Shown here: in pieces, positions 17,059-17,139 of the stretch
How the letters are laid out: every line of letters starts with the position of its first letter
How positions within the stretch are numbered: the stretch's first letter is position 1
Assembly: GCA_043822705.1 (NCBI GenBank)
Contig: JBDRBK010000192.1
Location: forward strand, 1 to 17,139
Origin: Fidelibacterota bacterium
GTDB taxonomy: Bacteria; Fidelibacterota; Marinisomatia; Marinisomatales; TCS56
Length of the DNA stretch: 17,139 nt
Reading direction: 5' to 3'
Translations under genes and position numbers: made by a program
The notes under the pieces: model-generated
The model's database searches: none
What the model was told of the DNA's origin: nothing
Seen by the model: only the letters and a program-made list of their open reading frames with translations

Positions 17059-17139
17059 CCATTGACCATTGACCATTGACCATTGACCATTGACCATTGA
17101 CCATTGACCATTGACCATTGACCATTGACCATTGACCAT
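17052..17139. repeat. Perfect heptamer tandem repeat (CCATTGA)n, 12 full copies plus CCAT, truncated by the window end
   Basis: Read directly from the sequence. The first unit supplies the TGA stop (17056-17058) of the four-helix-bundle gene. Confidence 0.98.

Noticed and set aside
17052..17139. CRISPR array or telomere-like repeat
   Set aside because: It is a 7-bp unit with no spacers and there are no cas genes. Its position at the edge is more simply a window or contig break.

Overview
Bacterial DNA with all credible genes on the + strand. Bases 1-15771 hold the distal part of a MacAB/FtsX-type (type VII) ABC exporter operon: the 3' end of a periplasmic adaptor gene, one stand-alone ATPase, six tandem ~800-aa duplicated-domain permease paralogues, and a closely coupled 87-aa hypothetical gene, followed by a 14-bp hairpin. 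Next comes a lexA-family repressor gene (likely start ATG 15936). Its promoter carries a non-canonical direct repeat (ACTTACGAGT x2 at 11-bp period, plus a third TACGAGT), a candidate new SOS box. The window ends with an AT-rich four-helix-bundle (23S rRNA-IVP/TIGR02436-like) gene, 16689-17058, which is out of frame by one base at an A8 run. The gene lies between mutually inverted heptamer arrays: degenerate NNNGTCA upstream and perfect (CCATTGA)12+ downstream, running off the window end. This repeat-bracketed cassette and the lexA operator are the most interesting elements. Family assignments come from motif recognition by eye; no searches were run.
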